This document shows, piece after piece, positions 29,586-38,432 of a stretch of DNA of 44,794 nt. The notes under the pieces are model-generated. The model saw only the letters and a list, made by a program, of their open reading frames with translations. It made no database searches and was not told where the DNA came from. The DNA is from Nitrospiria bacterium. Its GTDB lineage: Bacteria > Nitrospirota > Nitrospiria > SBBL01 > JAADHI01. Position 1 is the stretch's first letter, and each line of letters starts with the position of its first letter. The stretch is taken from the NCBI GenBank assembly GCA_046756725.1, contig JBHHWW010000001.1, forward strand, positions 1 through 44,794. The letters are read 5' to 3'. The position numbers and the translations under genes were made by a program.

Positions 29586-29661
29586 TTGCCTGGTGCCGTC
29601 AATCTTCCATAAGTGGTGACTTTAGCTATGGAAATTGGGCGTAGCGGCAAGCTGTTTTGTT
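29586..29661 (+). promoter_or_regulatory. Long imperfect stem-loop followed by a U-rich tract (attenuator-like leader or short sRNA)
   Basis: Manual fold gives an apical helix TTCCATA (29605-29611) / TATGGAA (29627-29633). It extends through CAAT/ATTG and GC pairs to a basal helix TTGCC (29586-29590) / GGCAA (29646-29650). GCTGTTTTGTT (29651-29661) follows. It begins about 12 nt after the predicted transcription start. Confidence 0.3.
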
Positions 29662-29777
29662 CCACGAAAGAAGGTGTCTGAATAGGTTATACGTGATGTT
29701 CCAGGGAGGGTGATTTATTCATTGTCCATGTTGTTGCTGGGATTCACACTTCATTAATATTGAACCATTTCTGTCCT

Positions 29778-29812
29778 ACCCACAATCCCTTTTAGGAGTT
29801 AAAGGGGTGGGT
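29778..29812 (+). promoter_or_regulatory. 12-bp interrupted hairpin in the 5' leader of the first cytochrome gene
   Basis: ACCCAC-aat-CCCTTT-[TAGGAGTT]-AAAGGG-GTGGGT. The loop displays AGGAG but sits about 40 nt from the TTG start at 29839, so it is not that gene's SD. Confidence 0.3.
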
Positions 29813-29838
29813 CCTTGTCTCGGGAAAGGGTTTGACTT

Positions 29839-30993
29839 TTGAGTCGAACGAAAGAAGTTAGTTTCAAATCAACCCTTTATTCTCTCGTCTTTTTATTTTT
29901 CTTTGTTGTTCCTACTTTAGCAACGGCTGAGCCTGACCCCATGGTCGGGAAACATCTGTTTCGTCATTACTGCGCCGTCTGTCATGGTTTTTCAGGCAAG
30001 GGCGATGGGATTAATGCCGATCATTTAGGCGATGTGCATCCGACTGATCTGACCACGTCTGAGTTTGACAAGTATGACGATGAGGAAATTTATGAAGTCA
30101 TTGAAGGAGGGGGGGCAGCGGTCGATATTTCTTATTATATGCCTCCTTGGGGCGGCGTCTTTGATGAAGAGCAAATACATAGCATTATCGCATATGTTCG
30201 GACTTTGTCGGCGGCGCAGGGCAGTCCGATTTCGGATATGGTGCGGGTTCCTGTCAATCGAAGTGGGAAGAAGGAGTGTCGCGTCTGTCATGTAGAAACG
30301 ACGAGTGTCTTGCGGCCCATCGCACCCAATATTGGACATGAAGGGAGCAAGTTGAAGCGCGATTGGCTAGAGACTTTTTTGAAGCAGCCGGAGAAGTTGA
30401 GGCCGATTGGTTTTATGCCCTTCACGAAGTCGAAGATGCCCAATTTTTACTTCACAGATGGCGAGGTGACTGCGCTTGTCGATTATCTGATGACACTCAA
30501 GGATGAAGGTATTGACGAAAGCGTTCTGATGGGTTGGGATGCTTCAGATTCAGCATTGATCGAAGAGGGGCAGTTCCTTTTTGAAGAAGAGTTCGCCTGC
30601 GACGGCTGTCACAAACGGTCTCCTGGCGGCGATGGCGGGATCGTCGGGCCAGAGCTGTCGTATGCAATGGAACGGATTCGCGTGGAGTGGATGTTTTACT
30701 GGATTAAAAACCCGCAAGCGATTCATCCAAATTCTCCAATGCCGAATTTCAGGATGTCGGATGAACAAATCCGGGCTGTTCTCGCTTATATGTCCAGTCT
30801 GAGTGAGGGGCGTTCAGTTGCAGCAACTGTTGCGGATGTTTCAGGCAGTGCGACCAGTATTGCGCGGGGAAAGAAAATTCTCGAAGGAAAGAACTGTGTT
30901 GGGTGCCATCTGGTTGATTCATTTAATAGTCAGTTGAAGGTCGAGGGTGATTCCCTCGGGGCGAGTGATTCGTCCGAAGGCATAGAAGAATAA
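29839..30993 (+). CDS. Secreted tetrahaem c-type cytochrome (class I-like domains)
   Basis: Signal peptide ...VVPTLATA. Haem motifs are CAVCH, CRVCH, CDGCH and CVGCH. Met-ligand regions are MPPWGG, MPNFYF and MPNFRM. TTG is the only start that includes the signal peptide (in-frame stop at 29833). Confidence 0.85.
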   Translation: MSRTKEVSFKSTLYSLVFLFFFVVPTLATAEPDPMVGKHLFRHYCAVCHGFSGKGDGINADHLGDVHPTDLTTSEFDKYDDEEIYEVIEGGGAAVDISYYMPPWGGVFDEEQIHSIIAYVRTLSAAQGSPISDMVRVPVNRSGKKECRVCHVETTSVLRPIAPNIGHEGSKLKRDWLETFLKQPEKLRPIGFMPFTKSKMPNFYFTDGEVTALVDYLMTLKDEGIDESVLMGWDASDSALIEEGQFLFEEEFACDGCHKRSPGGDGGIVGPELSYAMERIRVEWMFYWIKNPQAIHPNSPMPNFRMSDEQIRAVLAYMSSLSEGRSVAATVADVSGSATSIARGKKILEGKNCVGCHLVDSFNSQLKVEGDSLGASDSSEGIEE

Positions 30994-31015
30994 AACGTTG
31001 AAAAGGGGGGCAAGA

Positions 31016-31540
31016 ATGACGAAGAGGGTTTCGCTTTGGGTGCTGGTTTTGTTCGCAGTATTAATGCTATTGATTCCTGATTTGGGTCATGCAAAAAAAG
31101 ATGATGATAAGCCCTTAAAACCTGTTCCTAAAGCCTATGCGGACAAGAAAATGCCGAGTGGGTGGTGGACCGATGCAAAAATTATTGCAGAGGGAAAAGA
31201 GATCTTTGAAACACGGAAGATAGAATACATTTACAAGAGGAAGAAAAAGGTTGCAAAAGAAGGTTGTGCGACCTGCCATGCGATCAATAAGAAAAAAGAC
31301 CGCCCAAAAAAGCGGGGTGCCCGTGACTTTCGCGTAGCAAAACGGATGAACCGTTTTTCAGAGTCCTACTGGTTCTGGCGGATTGCCGAAGGGGTTAAGA
31401 AAACGGCAATGCCCGCGTGGAAAAAAGAGCTTACCGACGAAGAAATTTGGAAAACGATAGCCTACGAGCATACTTGGTCGCATGGGAACAAGCCTGCGGT
31501 TCATGATCATCCGGAAATTGAACATACATTTGAAAAATGA
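31016..31540 (+). CDS. Lys-rich monohaem c-type cytochrome
   Basis: Signal peptide, CATCH, distal TAMPAW. The ATG at 31016 is preceded by AAGGGGGG. Confidence 0.85.
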   Translation: MTKRVSLWVLVLFAVLMLLIPDLGHAKKDDDKPLKPVPKAYADKKMPSGWWTDAKIIAEGKEIFETRKIEYIYKRKKKVAKEGCATCHAINKKKDRPKKRGARDFRVAKRMNRFSESYWFWRIAEGVKKTAMPAWKKELTDEEIWKTIAYEHTWSHGNKPAVHDHPEIEHTFEK

Positions 31541-31622
31541 TCGATAATAAGCTGTTAGAAGCTTACATTGTGAAGTACTTTTGTTGGAATAAGGTAGTTT
31601 AGGACAGGAAACCAGAGAAGAC

Positions 31623-33179
31623 ATGGAAGTTGAGTCTATTAAGCCGTTCTTAGCTGTTATGATCCCTCTTGTCGGGTCCGTGTTTATTATTTTGGCCCGG
31701 AAGAAGCCGAATGTTCGAGAGGTCTGTACCTTGGTTACTGCCTTCGCGATGATGTTTTCTGTGATCGCGATGATTCCTTCTGTCCTTTCGGGAGAATTGC
31801 TTCACTATACTTTATTTACATTTTGGCCGACCGTTCCGTTTGGATTGCGTGTGGATGGGTTGGGGCTTGTTTTTGCGCTTGTCGCTTCTATCACGTGGGT
31901 TCTTACGAGTTTTTATGCCATCGGGTACATGCGAAGCCTTAATGAACATGCGCAAACGCGTTTTTTTTATTGTTTCGCGGTCACGCTGTTTGCCACGATG
32001 GGGGCGGCCTTCTCGAACAATTGGTTCACGCTTTTTATCTTTTACGAGTTGATCACCTTTTTTACCTATCCCCTGGTTGCTCATCATGAAACCAACGAAG
32101 CATGGGAAAAAGGGAATAAATACCTCGCATATCTTTTGGGGACCTCCAAGGTCTTTCTAATTCCTGCTATTCTTGCGACCTACTATTTTGCGGGTTCTAT
32201 CGATTTTAAGCCAGGAGGGATTATTCCTGTTGATGCAGACAAAACATTGTTGATAGGTATTTTTGTTCTCTATTTGGCTGGGATTGGGAAAGTGGCCTTC
32301 ATGCCGCTTCATTCCTGGCTCCCTGCTTCGATGGTCGCGCCGACGCCTGTTAGTGCTTTGCTGCATGCGGTTGCCGTTGTGAATACAGGTGCATTTTGTG
32401 TCCTCCGTGTCATCATCAACATCTTCGGATTTGATTTGGTGGGGACGTTGCATATCTCGACGTGGAGTCTTGGGGAAATAACGGCGGTGATTGCTTCCTT
32501 TACGATTATTACGGCCTCAATTTATTGCATGAAGGCGAATAACCTGAAAGAACGGATTGCCTATTCGACGGTGAGTCAGCTTTCCTATATGGTCCTCGGG
32601 GGCGCACTTTTGACACCCAGTGGTTTGTCAGGTGGTATTCTGCACATTGCCATGCATGCCTTTGCCAAGATTACACTCTTCTTTTGTGCTGGTTCGATTT
32701 ATGTAGCAACAAAAAAGACGCATGTTTCTCAATTGTCGGGGATCGGGCGAAAGATGCCTTGGACGATGGCCGCTTTTGCGATTGCAACGCTCAGTATGGT
32801 TGGGATTCCCCCTGCGGGTGGATTTGTGAGTAAGTGGTATCTGATGGTTGGCGCGACGGAAGCAAAAGAATTTTGGACCCTGATCGTTTTGGCGACGAGT
32901 TCCGTCTTGAATGCCTTTTATTTTGTCCCGATTGTGGTCAATGGATTTTTTGGGAAGTCCGAGGAGGAGGATGAGGTTCAGCCGCAGGCTGTGCCGCACC
33001 TCGTTCCGCAGAGTGTCGGTGCGGCTGCGGCAACAGTGAATAGAGGAAGGGGAGGATCGGAAATTCAAGAAGCGCCTTTGTTTGTCGTTGTCCCTCTTTG
33101 TATCACTGCTGTGGTGTCCTTGCTGTTGGGGATGTATCCAGGTTTTTTATTGGGGCTTGCTCAATTAATGCAACCATAA
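31623..33179 (+). CDS. Complex I/Mrp antiporter-like membrane subunit (NuoN/MrpD-type, proton-conducting membrane transporter family)
   Basis: 518 aa and polytopic. Hallmarks are TM5 Glu (FIFYELITFFTYPLVAH), GIGKVAFMPLHSWLPASMVAPTPVSALLHA, and HAFAKITLFFCAGS. Confidence 0.9.
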   Translation: MEVESIKPFLAVMIPLVGSVFIILARKKPNVREVCTLVTAFAMMFSVIAMIPSVLSGELLHYTLFTFWPTVPFGLRVDGLGLVFALVASITWVLTSFYAIGYMRSLNEHAQTRFFYCFAVTLFATMGAAFSNNWFTLFIFYELITFFTYPLVAHHETNEAWEKGNKYLAYLLGTSKVFLIPAILATYYFAGSIDFKPGGIIPVDADKTLLIGIFVLYLAGIGKVAFMPLHSWLPASMVAPTPVSALLHAVAVVNTGAFCVLRVIINIFGFDLVGTLHISTWSLGEITAVIASFTIITASIYCMKANNLKERIAYSTVSQLSYMVLGGALLTPSGLSGGILHIAMHAFAKITLFFCAGSIYVATKKTHVSQLSGIGRKMPWTMAAFAIATLSMVGIPPAGGFVSKWYLMVGATEAKEFWTLIVLATSSVLNAFYFVPIVVNGFFGKSEEEDEVQPQAVPHLVPQSVGAAAATVNRGRGGSEIQEAPLFVVVPLCITAVVSLLLGMYPGFLLGLAQLMQP

Positions 33180-33318
33180 GACCAGTAAGGATTTTTTGAA
33201 AGACATAAAAAGCATATTGGTTTAATCCGGTAATTTGAATCGGCATTGTTTTTAGTAGGCAGCTGGGTCTGGTTTGAGAGTAGATAGAATGTTGGTAGAT
33301 GTAGTTAGGAGCCTTTAG

Positions 33319-35112
33319 ATGGAGACAGCCATTCCAGTCTGGGTAATTGCCGTCCCCGTTATTGGGGCCCTGGCGTTGCTTTTTAAAAGAGATTCAGATC
33401 AATATCGAGATGGTGTTGTCGTCACTGCATGCACACTGCCCTTTCTTCTTCTCCTAAGCATCTATAGCAAGGCTGTCGATGGCGGCGTGAATTATGCACT
33501 TTCCTGGTTGCCGGGGATGGAACTGACCTTTAAGGTGGACTCCGCCAGTTTGCTAATTGCGCTAGTCACTGCCTTGCTCTGGATACTTTGTTCCATTTTC
33601 AGTATCACTTACATGACCCATGAAAAAAACCGCTTCCGCTATGACTTCTTCTCACTTCTGACTTTGGCGACAAACCTCGGGGTGCTTCTTGCCGGTGATT
33701 TCTTTACGCTCTTTATCTTTTTTGAAGGTCTGCTCTTATTCCCCTATCCCTTGATTGCGCATAAGGGCGATGCGCCAGCGATCAAAGGGGCCAACCTTTA
33801 CCTCTATGTTGGCGTTATCACGAGCTTGCTCCTTCTTTCGGGGATCGTCCTCTTGAAATTTTACACAGGAGGGGTTGCGCTACAGCCGATTGCGGATAGC
33901 ATCGCCGCAAATATGAGCAGTGGATTAAAATTTCAGATTGCGGCATTGATGGTCGTCGGATTCGGCGGAAAAGCCGGTCTCTTTTTTGAGCACTTCTGGT
34001 TGCCGGAGGCCCATCCCGTTGCGCCCTCACCTGCCTCTGCGCTTCTCTCCGCCGCTATGATAAAAGCGGGTGCCTACGGGATTTACAGGGTGGTGAATCT
34101 GCTATTTGTTCCGCAGGATGGCTCTGTCGGGGCTTGGTTGACCTTAAGTAATATCGGTTATGTGACGATCTTGATCGGGGCCATTACGATGTTCTTTGCT
34201 GTTATTTCTGCCTTGCTTTCTTCCAATTCCAAGCGGATGCTTGCTTTTCACAGTATCAGCCAGATGGGTTATATTGTGCTGGGGATTGGATGTGCGGCCT
34301 ACCTTGGGCGGGATGGAGCGATGGGGGCTGCAGGTGCCCTGTACCATATTGTGAACCATGCACTTTTTAAGGCGGCTCTCTTTTTAGGAGTTGGTGCAGT
34401 CTACTTTAGAACAAACGAGCTCGATATGTACAAGCTGGGTGGGCTTATGAAGAACATGCCAGTTACTGCCATTTGTCTGTTGATTGCTGTTTTCGGTATA
34501 TCTGGTGTTCCCTTCTTCAACGGTTTTGCGAGCAAGACTATCTTGCATCATGCCATCATAGAATCGTATGAGCATGGGCATGATACGATTCTATGGATTG
34601 TCGAAAAACTTTTTATTATTACGGCGGCAGGCACATTTGCCTCGAATTTTAAGCTATTTTATCTGACTTTCCGGGGGGATCGTCTAAAGAAATATGATCA
34701 TGTTGAGCCCGCGCCACTTCCGATGAAGATCGGGATGATCGGCTTTGCCGTCGCTATCCTCTTCCTTGGAATCTTTCCCAACTGGTTGCTGGAAGCGGCC
34801 ATCGGCCCGGCCTTGGCCAGTTTTGGATTTGATGCAAGTTCCCACGCCTACCATCTTTTGTATGACGTGCAGACACAAGTCTCTGGGCTGGCAATTCTTT
34901 ACCCAGGCGCGGAATCATTTTCGAGTGTTCTACACAATCTTTTCTCCGGTGTTATTGCCATTGGCTTAGGTGTAGGACTGATGTTCAGTGGGATGAAGTT
35001 TGGTTGGTTTCACATTCACTTACCTAAATTTATGACCTTTGATTTTTATGCGACCAAGGCGCTTAAACGCTTGTTAAACCCCTGGTCGCTTGTTGTGGAT
35101 AAACAAACTTGA
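33319..35112 (+). CDS. Complex I/Mrp antiporter-like membrane subunit (NuoL/NuoM/MrpA-type)
   Basis: 597 aa and polytopic. Hallmarks are FIFFEGLLLFPYPLIAH, GGKAGLFFEHFWLPEAHPVAPSPASALLSAAMIKAGAYG, and NHALFKAALFLGVGAV. AGGAG lies upstream of the ATG. Confidence 0.9.
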   Translation: METAIPVWVIAVPVIGALALLFKRDSDQYRDGVVVTACTLPFLLLLSIYSKAVDGGVNYALSWLPGMELTFKVDSASLLIALVTALLWILCSIFSITYMTHEKNRFRYDFFSLLTLATNLGVLLAGDFFTLFIFFEGLLLFPYPLIAHKGDAPAIKGANLYLYVGVITSLLLLSGIVLLKFYTGGVALQPIADSIAANMSSGLKFQIAALMVVGFGGKAGLFFEHFWLPEAHPVAPSPASALLSAAMIKAGAYGIYRVVNLLFVPQDGSVGAWLTLSNIGYVTILIGAITMFFAVISALLSSNSKRMLAFHSISQMGYIVLGIGCAAYLGRDGAMGAAGALYHIVNHALFKAALFLGVGAVYFRTNELDMYKLGGLMKNMPVTAICLLIAVFGISGVPFFNGFASKTILHHAIIESYEHGHDTILWIVEKLFIITAAGTFASNFKLFYLTFRGDRLKKYDHVEPAPLPMKIGMIGFAVAILFLGIFPNWLLEAAIGPALASFGFDASSHAYHLLYDVQTQVSGLAILYPGAESFSSVLHNLFSGVIAIGLGVGLMFSGMKFGWFHIHLPKFMTFDFYATKALKRLLNPWSLVVDKQT

Positions 35113-35147
35113 AAATCCTCAAAAATATAAGCGAAAGAGGGATTGTC

Positions 35148-37610
35148 ATGGTTTTTAAAAAAGTAATAAAGCAACCCATGGTCTGGGCATCTTTTCTCAT
35201 TGCCTTACTCCTCTTGATACCAACTGGTTCACTTTTTGCCGAAACAGTAGAATCTCTTTACCGTGACGTGCCCAGTATGGGCAGTCGTAATATCATCTGG
35301 TTGTTTTCTCAGGTTCACATTTTATTCGGGGCCTTTGTCCTGGGTGTTCCGATGTTTATTATCATCATCGAAATTATCGGTATTACGACAGGAGAGAAGC
35401 GGTATGACCGCTTGGCTCAGGAATTTATGGATTTGATTGTCGCGTGTTTTGCGACGACGGCCACGATCGGGATTTTCTTTCTTTTTGCGTTGCTCGTCTT
35501 CTATCCCACACTCATGTCAACGATGGCAGACATCTTTAAACCGACTTATTATATTTATGTCTTACTCTTCTTATATGAAACCCTTTCTGTTTATGTTTAT
35601 TGGGATCGCTGGGATAAATGGCAGAACCGCAAAGGACTTCATCTTTTCTGGGGTTTTATGCTCAATACCGCTGGAATCTTGCTTGTTATCTTGCCAAGTG
35701 GCTTTCTTGCTTTCCAGGCGAGCCCTGTGGTCTTGAATCCTGAGTTTGGCCCTTGGGAAAAGGCTTGGGCGGCACTTAATAATCCGACTTGGGTTCCCGT
35801 GATTATCCATCGGATTGTTGGAAACCTCATCTTAGGAGGGTTTGTTTGCGGGGCCTACGCCGGGGTGGCTTACCTGGGCGCTAAAACGCAGGAAGAGCGG
35901 GAACATTACGACTGGATGGGATATATCGGAAATTTTATCGGGGTTTTCGGTCTCCTCCCAATGCCCTTTGCAGGTTATTATTTGATGCGCGAAGTCTATG
36001 AATACAACCAGCAGATGGGGATTACTTTGATGGGAGGGATCCTGTCCTGGCTTTTTATCTTACAGGCTGTGCTCATCGGGGTTCTTTTCCTTGGTGCCAA
36101 TTATTATTTCTGGCAGGGAATCGCTTACCGAACCCATTCCGCGCCAAAGTATAAAAACGCCATTGTTATTATGTTGGTTGCATTGGTTGGGGCTTTCTCT
36201 GTCTGGCTTACACCTCATTCGCTTGTGGCCAGTGTTTCTGAAGCCAGAGCAATGGGAGGAGCGCATCATCCACTCCTGGGGGTGTTTGGTGTTATGTCGG
36301 CCAAGTTGACTGTTGTGAATTTGATGATTGTGACAACCTTTGTTTGCTTTATCTTATACTGGCGGGCAGATAAGGTTGTGACTGTTAAGTGGGGGAAGGC
36401 CGCAAATATATTTACAGTTGCTTTGATTACCGTTGCGGTTATTTTCATTATCTGGTTGGGTGTCTACGGTTATTTTGTCCCCTCTGTTTATCGTGTGAAT
36501 GTCCTTTCCGTTGCTCAGGTGTTTGCTGTTCTTTTTGTGATGTTTACGATTACGCCTCTCACGGCACTTTCCTTGAAATCTGCGAAATTGACCCATGAGA
36601 TGAAGTGGGGTGTCATGCCGCCTCGCTCCCAGTATGCTTTGGTTATCAATGCTGTCTTTGTGGTTTTAACGATGGCGCTGATGGGATATGCCCGGTCTGC
36701 GTCCCGGGTTCACTGGCATATTTATGGTGTTTTGGAAGATACCTCTTCATATGCCTATACCCCGACCCTCGGTGTCGCGTCTTTCCTTTTTGTGCTGTCC
36801 ACAGCTGTTTTTTGCATAATGACGGGCATTGTTTTTTGGACCTCGCACACGATCCGACATAATCGTTTTTCCACCCGTTACTTCTTTCTAGCCCCTGTTT
36901 TTATGTGGTTTACGGAATTATTTGGGGACAAACAGAAGGAGAAAAAAATACATGCGGGAGGACGGAGGTTTGTTATTACGAAAGTAACGGCTGTGGTCGG
37001 TCTATTTTTGCTTGCCTACGCCTACGTAGGTTATCAAGTACCTCAGAAAGTGGGTCTGCCACCCGAGAAGAAAGCCTTGGATCTGTCTAAGATTAAAACC
37101 AAAGACGATATGGTTCAAATTGGACAGGATATTTTTTATAGCAAGGGGCAGTGTGCCCTTTGTCACTCAATCGGAGCCGGCCATGGTCGCTGTCCGAATC
37201 TTTTAGGAGTCGGGGCGCGTTTGACGCGAGAGTTTATCTATGAAACGCTGGTAAAGCCAGAGGCCTATATCAAGTTGGACTTTCATTCTGCAAAACCAGT
37301 AAATTATGCTGCAGAAATGCCCATTATCAACAAGGCCCCCATTGGTCTATCCGAAGAGGAGCTTTTGACCGTAGTTGCTTTTGTTCAGAGCAATGGTGGA
37401 AAAGTCACGGTCACTCCAGAAGAGTTGAGAGAGACGTCAAGTGGGCCGGAAACAGTGCCGGGGGGCCTCGATGTGCCTCCGGAAGTAGAGCCAGCTGAGA
37501 TGATTGGAGAAGAATCTAATGAAGATCCTGAAGAACTTGCGATGTTTGGTGGAAAATCCCCGAGGAATACAGAGCATTCTAGTATGGCTGAATTAAAAGT
37601 AGGTGAATAA
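35148..37610 (+). CDS. Cytochrome bd subunit I-like ('bd-like') oxidase with extra TM helices, fused to a C-terminal monohaem cytochrome c domain
   Basis: CydA-like N-terminus GSRNIIWLFSQVHILFGAFVLGVP (axial His), LFLYETLSVYVYW (conserved Glu), VIIHRIVGNLILGGF (second His). About 14-16 hydrophobic segments, then CALCH (37152-37166) and an acidic tail. No cydB-like gene is adjacent. The ATG at 35148 is preceded by AGAGGGA; a TTG at 35109 is possible. Confidence 0.85.
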   Translation: MVFKKVIKQPMVWASFLIALLLLIPTGSLFAETVESLYRDVPSMGSRNIIWLFSQVHILFGAFVLGVPMFIIIIEIIGITTGEKRYDRLAQEFMDLIVACFATTATIGIFFLFALLVFYPTLMSTMADIFKPTYYIYVLLFLYETLSVYVYWDRWDKWQNRKGLHLFWGFMLNTAGILLVILPSGFLAFQASPVVLNPEFGPWEKAWAALNNPTWVPVIIHRIVGNLILGGFVCGAYAGVAYLGAKTQEEREHYDWMGYIGNFIGVFGLLPMPFAGYYLMREVYEYNQQMGITLMGGILSWLFILQAVLIGVLFLGANYYFWQGIAYRTHSAPKYKNAIVIMLVALVGAFSVWLTPHSLVASVSEARAMGGAHHPLLGVFGVMSAKLTVVNLMIVTTFVCFILYWRADKVVTVKWGKAANIFTVALITVAVIFIIWLGVYGYFVPSVYRVNVLSVAQVFAVLFVMFTITPLTALSLKSAKLTHEMKWGVMPPRSQYALVINAVFVVLTMALMGYARSASRVHWHIYGVLEDTSSYAYTPTLGVASFLFVLSTAVFCIMTGIVFWTSHTIRHNRFSTRYFFLAPVFMWFTELFGDKQKEKKIHAGGRRFVITKVTAVVGLFLLAYAYVGYQVPQKVGLPPEKKALDLSKIKTKDDMVQIGQDIFYSKGQCALCHSIGAGHGRCPNLLGVGARLTREFIYETLVKPEAYIKLDFHSAKPVNYAAEMPIINKAPIGLSEEELLTVVAFVQSNGGKVTVTPEELRETSSGPETVPGGLDVPPEVEPAEMIGEESNEDPEELAMFGGKSPRNTEHSSMAELKVGE

Positions 37611-38430
37611 TAGATTGTTGATTGAAATAAAACGAAACTACTTGCTTGTCTCGATACTGTTGCTCTTTATCCTCTTTTCAGTAGGGTGCGAAAATAAATA
37701 TGTTGCCAAGGGACATGAGATTTATAGTCGTTACTGTTCTGCGTGCCACGGTGAGAAGGGCGATGGGACCGGATACAATGCGGGGAATCTTGATCCAGTT
37801 CCTCGCGATTTGACCGATAGCGAAGAAGTCTACATGTCAAAACTATCGAATGATGAAATCTTTGAAGTCCTTCAATTGGGTGGTTACGGGGTGGATCTTT
37901 CAGGAGGGATGCCAGTCTGGGGAAAGGTATTCTCGGAAGAAGAACTCTGGTCTCTTGTCGCCTATGTCCGTACGCTTCATCCGAATGAAGGCAATGAGAT
38001 TGTATTTACAAAACCTGATTCTGAAGAACCGGTATTTGATTCAAAGCGCGTGCGATATCCCAAGGTGAAAGAAAAAAATTTTTACGACCTTCTTGGGTCT
38101 CTGGCGCCTGATGAAGATGCTTTCCAGGAACAAGTCGCTTTGGGAGAAGAGATCTTTAGTGAAGTCGGGTGTAATGCGTGCCATAAGGTGAATGGAGAAG
38201 GGGGGGAATTGGGGCCTGATTTATCCCGAGCCGGTTTTATGCTCCAAACCCAGTTCATCTTTCGTTGGATCATGAATCCGCAATCGTTTCTCCCTAAAAC
38301 GAGGATGGCAAACCTGGATTTAAAAGAGGAAGATGCCCTTGCTATTTCTCTCTACCTAAGTACACTGAACGGTGATGCTCCAAAAAATAATGTTTCAGAG
38401 GAAGATGAAGATGAGGGTGGGGGAGTTTAG
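37603..38430 (+). CDS. Dihaem c-type cytochrome, probable lipoprotein
   Basis: Signal with ...FSVGC, then CSACHGEKGDG and CNACHKVNGEG, with Met regions GMPVWG and KTRMANL. The GTG start overlaps the upstream stop by 8 nt. Confidence 0.85.
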   Translation: MNNRLLIEIKRNYLLVSILLLFILFSVGCENKYVAKGHEIYSRYCSACHGEKGDGTGYNAGNLDPVPRDLTDSEEVYMSKLSNDEIFEVLQLGGYGVDLSGGMPVWGKVFSEEELWSLVAYVRTLHPNEGNEIVFTKPDSEEPVFDSKRVRYPKVKEKNFYDLLGSLAPDEDAFQEQVALGEEIFSEVGCNACHKVNGEGGELGPDLSRAGFMLQTQFIFRWIMNPQSFLPKTRMANLDLKEEDALAISLYLSTLNGDAPKNNVSEEDEDEGGGV

Positions 38431-38432
38431 AT

